From a bacterium (GTDB taxonomy: Bacteria; Hydrothermota; 32-111), in NCBI GenBank assembly GCA_050239825.1, contig JBFXGO010000032.1:1-30695 (forward strand): a DNA stretch of 30,695 nucleotides, written 5' to 3'. Below the pieces are notes generated by a model. The model was given only the letters and a program-made list of their open reading frames with translations, did not search any database and was not told the origin of the DNA. Made by a program: the position numbers and the translations under genes. Positions 25,201 through 30,695 of the stretch are shown one piece after another; within the stretch, counting starts at the first letter, position 1; every line of letters starts with the position of its first letter.

Positions 25201-26937
25201 TTACATATTTAATGCTGACCGGATAAATCCGTAAAACAGCGGAGACGGAGATACTATTGATGATTTGAATTCAGGATGCGCCTGCGTTCCCACGAAAAAA
25301 GCATGTGAAGGGAGTTCTATGAACTCCATCAGTTTCTCATTTTTAGTAAGATTGTGGTAACCTGAAAATACTAAGCCCGCGTTGCTTATCGCACTGACAA
25401 AATCATTGTTCACTTCATATCTGTGTCTGTGCCTTTCAAGAACCGTGGGTTTAGATTCCTCTGTAATGCCCAATCTGAATGAGTTCTCTTTGTCTCTCTT
25501 CATTTCTGCTATTTGTTTTGCATCCTCTTCCAACCTCTTCGTCTCTTTATAGAGTGAGTAAACCTGAGATCCCTTGTTCAAAATCGCCGCATAAGCTCCA
25601 AGACGCATTGAACCGCCGTATCTGTTGTGTTTGATAAGGGCTTCCTGCGATTTTATGAAATTTATCACAGGATAATCTGTTTCAGGATCAATCTCTATTG
25701 AATTGGCATTTTTCATTCCGCATACATTTCTTGCATACTCTACAACAGCCAGCTGAAGTCCGAAGCATAAACCCAGGAATGGAACATTGTGTTCACGGGC
25801 GTATTTGATTGTCTTTATCTTGCCCTCCACTCCTTCTTTTCCGAAACCTCCGGGAATAATAAATCCCTTGTACTTTTTAAGGTCCTTCTCCTTGAATTTC
25901 CCGCACTGAACATCCTGAGCGGAGAGCCAATGTATGTTGACTCCGCAATTATTTTTTGCGCCGGCATGCTCAACCGCCTGAGCCACAGAAATATAGGAAT
26001 CCTTTAACGAGAAATCCCCTATGTTGAGATACTTTCCCACCATTGCGATGTCGACATTCTTTGGAGGATTTTCAATTATATTCACTGATTTGCGCCATAG
26101 AGACCAATTTGGTTTTGTTTTTTTCCTGAGGTTAAACTCCTTTAATATTTTTTCTCCGAGATTGTCCTTTTCAAAATTCATCGGACACTTGTAGAGAGTG
26201 TCGATATCCGGAGCTGAAATCACATGCTCAGAGTCTATGTTTCCGTATATTTCTATCTTTTTCTTCCTCACATTGTCAAGCGATTCATTTGCTCTGCACA
26301 GTATGAAATCCGGAAATATTCCGTGTTCGGAGAGCATCTTTATAGCCTGCTGAGTGGGCTTCGTCTTCATCTCTCCGATGTGGCGCGGCGTGGGCAGAAA
26401 TGTTATCAGCACATGCTTGACATTTTCATCGCCCACCTCTCTTTCCAGACTCTTGACAGCGAAGAGATAGGGGATATTTTCATAATCCCCTATCGTTCCG
26501 CCTATTTCAACCATGACAAAATCGAACCCTTTGCCTGCTTCCTTGATCCTCGTCTTTATTTCATTTGAGATGTGAGGTATAAGCTGCACTGTCTGACCGA
26601 GGAATCTTCCTTTTCTTTCGTCTTCAATTACCTTTGCATAGACCTGGCCGGTTGTGATGTTGTTCTTCCTGCTGAAATGCTGGCCGAGGAACCTCTCATA
26701 ATTTCCGAGGTCCTGATCAATTTCTCCGCCGTCATCCGTTACCCACACCTCTCCATGCTCCGTAGGACGAAGAGTTCCTGCGTCAAAATTGATATAGGGG
26801 TCTATTTTTACTGCTGAGACCTTGAAGCCGTAATTTTTAAGTATCAGGCCGATTGATGCAGTGGCAATACCCTTGCCAACACCGCTCATCACTCCGCCGG
26901 TGACGATAATGAATTTAGGAAATTGGTTCGATTTCAT
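25201..26937 (-). CDS. pyrG: CTP synthase
   Basis: VTGGVMSGVGKG, KIDPY, HGEV, EIGGT, KTKPTQ, PGGFG, catalytic GLCFG, ERHRHRYE and HPEF. Confidence 0.97.
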   Translation of the reverse strand: MKSNQFPKFIIVTGGVMSGVGKGIATASIGLILKNYGFKVSAVKIDPYINFDAGTLRPTEHGEVWVTDDGGEIDQDLGNYERFLGQHFSRKNNITTGQVYAKVIEDERKGRFLGQTVQLIPHISNEIKTRIKEAGKGFDFVMVEIGGTIGDYENIPYLFAVKSLEREVGDENVKHVLITFLPTPRHIGEMKTKPTQQAIKMLSEHGIFPDFILCRANESLDNVRKKKIEIYGNIDSEHVISAPDIDTLYKCPMNFEKDNLGEKILKEFNLRKKTKPNWSLWRKSVNIIENPPKNVDIAMVGKYLNIGDFSLKDSYISVAQAVEHAGAKNNCGVNIHWLSAQDVQCGKFKEKDLKKYKGFIIPGGFGKEGVEGKIKTIKYAREHNVPFLGLCFGLQLAVVEYARNVCGMKNANSIEIDPETDYPVINFIKSQEALIKHNRYGGSMRLGAYAAILNKGSQVYSLYKETKRLEEDAKQIAEMKRDKENSFRLGITEESKPTVLERHRHRYEVNNDFVSAISNAGLVFSGYHNLTKNEKLMEFIELPSHAFFVGTQAHPEFKSSIVSPSPLFYGFIRSALNM

Positions 26938-26945
26938 CTTTCACC

Positions 26946-28550
26946 TTATTCCATTTTGTCGCTGAATATTATTCTTCTCCTCTCTTTGTCTATGTCAACC
27001 ACTTTCAGCTCAATCTCGGCTCCTTTCACATAGTCATCAGAGAGATTATCCGACTGCTTCGATATGAGGCGCTGCGGTATAAGACCCTTTATTTTTTCAT
27101 TGACCTCTACATGAACATTCTTGTCCTTTACTTCAAAAATAACTCCCTTTACTATGTCACCCTCATTGTAATCATCAATGGGGTCCTTCTGAAGCTGTTT
27201 GATTCCAAGAGAGATTCTCTTCTTTTCAGGGTCAATATTGACTATGAGGCAGTCCACATCGTCTCCTACTTTATAGACATCCTCAATTTTTGAAACTTTG
27301 GCATCCCATGAGACATTTGAAATGTGAAGCAAACCTTCAATGCTTGGAGCTATCTCTACGAATGCTCCAAACTTGGTCAGCTTGGTTATCTTGCCGTTCA
27401 CTCTTTCGCCAACCGTGAATTTATCCCATGGATTGTCAGCCACCTGCTTGAGTCCGAGCGAGATTCTTTCATTCTTTTTGTCGATTGAAAGGACTATTGA
27501 TTCAATCTCGTCGCCGACATGTAGTATTTCAGACGGATGCTTCAGATGCTGTGTCCATGACATCTCTGAAATGTGAATCAAACCTTCGACTCCCTTTTCA
27601 AGTTCGACAAAAGCGCCGTACTCTTCAAGAGAGACTATTCTGCCTTTCACTTTCGTGCCTATGGAGTATTTATTCTCTATGTTCTCCCAAGGATATGGTG
27701 TAAGCTGTTTGAGGCCAAGGGATATTCTTCCCTTCTCCTTATTTATTGCAGTGACCATAACCTTTATCTTTTCATTCATGGTAAGAAGTTCTGAAGGGTG
27801 AACTATTCTGCCCCATGACATGTCAGTAATGTAAAGGAGTCCGTCTATTCCCCGTTCAATTTCAATGAATGCTCCGAATTCTGTTATATTCTTCACTATT
27901 CCTTCAACTACATCGCCCTGCTTGAGGTTCTTTATGAATTCCAGTTTCTTATTCTCTTTCTCGCTTTCAAGTATCACTCTTCTTGAAACCACTATGTTTC
28001 TGCGTTTGTAATTGAGCTTAATAACTCTGAAATCCGTCTTCACATTTAGAAGTTTGTCCATATCGACTACAGGCTGAAGGTCGATCTGTGAACCGGGCAA
28101 AAATGCCTCAACACCCATCAGATCTACAATCATACCGCCCTTTACTCTCTTCCTGATGATTCCGTCTATGTTTGTCCTATTTTCGAACGAATCATTTATC
28201 TTCGGCCAAAGTTTTATAAACTGCGCCTTTTTGAGAGAGATATCTGCAAATCCGTCTTCATTTTCAAAACCCTCTATGAAAACAGAAACAATTTCGCCTA
28301 TCTTCAAATTCTCCGGTTCGCTGAACTCTGATAAAGGAATAACTCCCTCTGATTTCAAGCCGACATCGATAATAACATCCTTCTCCGTTATTCTAACCAC
28401 TCTTCCGTCTATGACCCTCATATCCTCCTTTTCATCTTTCGTTCCAAGGTCAAGGTCATACCTGTTGAAGGATTTCTCATACATCTCCTTCAACTGTTCT
28501 TTTGTGTACTCCTGCTCTTCTGCAAACAGGTTCTTAACGTTTTCTGTCAT
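26946..28550 (-). CDS. rpsA: 30S ribosomal protein S1
   Basis: Tandem S1 domains: DVGLKSEG, AFLPGSQ, FGAF…GLLHIS…RISLG. Confidence 0.96.
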   Translation of the reverse strand: MTENVKNLFAEEQEYTKEQLKEMYEKSFNRYDLDLGTKDEKEDMRVIDGRVVRITEKDVIIDVGLKSEGVIPLSEFSEPENLKIGEIVSVFIEGFENEDGFADISLKKAQFIKLWPKINDSFENRTNIDGIIRKRVKGGMIVDLMGVEAFLPGSQIDLQPVVDMDKLLNVKTDFRVIKLNYKRRNIVVSRRVILESEKENKKLEFIKNLKQGDVVEGIVKNITEFGAFIEIERGIDGLLYITDMSWGRIVHPSELLTMNEKIKVMVTAINKEKGRISLGLKQLTPYPWENIENKYSIGTKVKGRIVSLEEYGAFVELEKGVEGLIHISEMSWTQHLKHPSEILHVGDEIESIVLSIDKKNERISLGLKQVADNPWDKFTVGERVNGKITKLTKFGAFVEIAPSIEGLLHISNVSWDAKVSKIEDVYKVGDDVDCLIVNIDPEKKRISLGIKQLQKDPIDDYNEGDIVKGVIFEVKDKNVHVEVNEKIKGLIPQRLISKQSDNLSDDYVKGAEIELKVVDIDKERRRIIFSDKME

Positions 28551-29409
28551 TTTTCAGTTCCTCCTTATATATTTTTTTTATGTTTGTTTTAACATCATTT
28601 ACTATCCAGTCAGGAGTTGATGCTCCTGCGGCTATTCCGATGCTCTTCACGCCTTTCAGCATTGATTTTTTAATCTCCTTTTCTGTCTCAATATGATATG
28701 TGTGTGTGGCGATTCTCCTGCAGAGTGTATAGAGTCTTTTTGTATTTCCGCTGTTTTTTCCCCCGACAATCAGCATCAGGTCAACTTTTTCTGCGAGGGC
28801 AATAGCCGCCTCTTGCCTCTGAGAAGTGGCACTGCAAATCGTATTGATTACGAGAACCTCTTTGAAATAGTCCATAACGAGACAAACCATTGCCTTGAAA
28901 TTCTCGATTGACTGGGTTGTCTGAGAAACAATACCGACCTTTTGGCCTTTCAGGATTTTTATCTTCTCAATTTCTTCAGCATTCTCAATAACGATGGCAT
29001 CCTTCACTTGACTCTTTAAAGCAAGAACTTCAGGATGATTGTTCTCTCCAACAATTATCACATTGTAGCCGTTTTTTCTGAGCTTCTTCACATAGTTCTG
29101 AGCCCTTGAAACAAATGGGCATGTAGCGTCAATCACATCAAGATTTGACGACTTCAGCTTTTCAAGAAGATTTTTTTCAACGCCGTGCGTTCTAAGCACG
29201 ACCGTGCCTTCCTCAATATTCTTTATGTCATCAAGCGGAGTTACTCCTCTTTCCTTTAGTTTGTCAACCGTCTGAGGGTTGTGAATTATCGGTCCAAGAG
29301 TGTAGATTGGTTTCTTTTTGCTTGTTTTTGCCACATCGTCAATTATGTTCATTGCTCTCTTTACTCCAAAACAGAATCCAGAATGCTTTGCAATATAAAC
29401 TTTAATCAT
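28534..29409 (-). CDS. ispH: 4-hydroxy-3-methylbut-2-enyl diphosphate reductase
   Basis: GFCFGV, IIHN, DATCPFV, HPEV, TICSAT, SGNT and AGASTP. Confidence 0.97.
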   Translation of the reverse strand: MIKVYIAKHSGFCFGVKRAMNIIDDVAKTSKKKPIYTLGPIIHNPQTVDKLKERGVTPLDDIKNIEEGTVVLRTHGVEKNLLEKLKSSNLDVIDATCPFVSRAQNYVKKLRKNGYNVIIVGENNHPEVLALKSQVKDAIVIENAEEIEKIKILKGQKVGIVSQTTQSIENFKAMVCLVMDYFKEVLVINTICSATSQRQEAAIALAEKVDLMLIVGGKNSGNTKRLYTLCRRIATHTYHIETEKEIKKSMLKGVKSIGIAAGASTPDWIVNDVKTNIKKIYKEELKNDRKR

Positions 29410-30037
29410 CCAATATTCCTATCTCTTTCATCATGATCTGCGTGGCAAGGCGCGAGTTGGAGGAGTTTGCCCTCAGAGGAGGAAATTCAAGCGGATCTCC
29501 GAATTTTATCTCCATCCTGTTTATTCTCAGAAGCTGAGTGATAAACGGTTTATCCATATTCTTCATAAAGACGGGTATTACCTTTGCGCGGCTTTTAAGA
29601 GCCAAAAACCCGGCTCCGGGCTTTCCTTCGAGAAGCTCATTGGTCTTATTCCTTGTTCCCTCAGGAAATATAATTATATAATCTCCTTTTTCGAGGAGAC
29701 CCAGAGTGTAATTGATTGCGCTTAAATCCAATCCATCTCTCTGAAGAGGTATGGAATGAAGTATCTTGAGTATTCTTGTAAATAGAGGATGTATATTGAA
29801 GAGCTCACTCTTTGCAAGCCCGTGCACATCATTCGAATGCCTGAATGAATATACAAGAGCTCCGAGAGCAGGCGGATCATTGAACGACCTGTGGTTGGCG
29901 ACGAAAATCAAAGGCCTGTCCTTGGTCTTTATTTTTCCGACAACTTTTACGCCTAGAAAATAGAAGTAGTAGAAGTAAATCAGGAAATAGAGTGCGTTAA
30001 ACGCAATCCTTGAGCTCCTGCGCCTTGGAAACGACAA
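29402..30037 (-). CDS. plsC: 1-acyl-sn-glycerol-3-phosphate acyltransferase (start uncertain, TTG)
   Basis: NHRSFND (HxxxxD) and FPEGTR motifs. Usual position between cmk and ispH. Confidence 0.88.
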   Translation of the reverse strand: MSFPRRRSSRIAFNALYFLIYFYYFYFLGVKVVGKIKTKDRPLIFVANHRSFNDPPALGALVYSFRHSNDVHGLAKSELFNIHPLFTRILKILHSIPLQRDGLDLSAINYTLGLLEKGDYIIIFPEGTRNKTNELLEGKPGAGFLALKSRAKVIPVFMKNMDKPFITQLLRINRMEIKFGDPLEFPPLRANSSNSRLATQIMMKEIGILDD

Positions 30038-30671
30038 ATTTAATCTGTTCCTCCTTACTCAGTCTTGTAGTATCAATCAAGATGGCATCAGAAGCCATCT
30101 TCAAAGGTGCGTGCGTCCTTGATTTATCGCGTTCGTCCCGCTCTTCAATCTGGCGCTTTATATCTTCAAGGTTTGCCTCGACATTCCTTTCGGAATATTC
30201 AAGAAACCGTCTCTTTGCTCTCTCCTCAATCGTGCAGTCCATGTAGAACTTAAGCTGGGCGTTTGGAAAGACAACTGTTCCAATGTCCCTTCCCTCTGCC
30301 ACAAGAGATGTGTTCTTCGAAATCCTCCTCTGCTCCTCCACAAGAAAGTCCCTTACGGATTTCAGAGTGGAGACCTTGGAGGCCATCTGCGACATCTTCT
30401 CATTTCTGATTTCATCGGAAACATCCTTTCCGTTGAGGAATATTCTTCTCTCACCGTCTATGTTTTCGAAATTAATCTTTATCTCCGCGAGAATCGGCTT
30501 TATTTTCTCCTCATCGAGAGTGTCGCCGAGCTTTGAAAGAACGAAAAGCCCCACTGCCCTGTACATTGCGCCTGTGTCCAGATAGATGACCTTCAAAATC
30601 TGAGCGACCCTTTTCGCTGTCGTGGTCTTGCCCGACCCTGCAGGTCCGTCTATGGCAATTATAAAGGACAT
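29997..30671 (-). CDS. cmk: Cytidylate kinase
   Basis: IAIDGPAGSGKTT, LDTGAMYR, EGRDIGTVVFP and RDERD. Confidence 0.97.
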   Translation of the reverse strand: MSFIIAIDGPAGSGKTTTAKRVAQILKVIYLDTGAMYRAVGLFVLSKLGDTLDEEKIKPILAEIKINFENIDGERRIFLNGKDVSDEIRNEKMSQMASKVSTLKSVRDFLVEEQRRISKNTSLVAEGRDIGTVVFPNAQLKFYMDCTIEERAKRRFLEYSERNVEANLEDIKRQIEERDERDKSRTHAPLKMASDAILIDTTRLSKEEQIKFVVSKAQELKDCV

Positions 30672-30695
30672 AGGAGATGAATTATACGGAAAAAT

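Overview
Mostly minus-strand, very compact bacterial chromosome segment. A C25 peptidase with a T9SS-like tail suggests an FCB-related lineage such as WOR-3/TA06; this is inference only. The right half is housekeeping: cmk-plsC-ispH-rpsA-pyrG, then aminotransferase-obgE-dprA-scpB-rluB-Na/Pi cotransporter-RmlC-like-ugd. The left half holds a Na+-decarboxylase beta subunit, typA, two MFS transporters, the C25 peptidase, a Spy/CpxP + ECF sigma/anti-sigma operon, tRNA-Ser(GCT), glnA and a secreted (DK)n/(NNG)16 repeat protein. The most notable structure is a 950-bp element (10992-11941) 8 nt past the tRNA-Ser 3' end. It is a RAYT-like HUH/Y1 nuclease gene tightly bounded by a perfect 25-bp terminal inverted repeat ending in palindromic CTATAG. 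A second, diverged RAYT-like gene starts at position 82 (missed by the ORF track). It has a related CCGTCCC end motif that appears to truncate a secreted-protein gene. Together they suggest a family of TIR-bounded HUH mobile or invertible elements.
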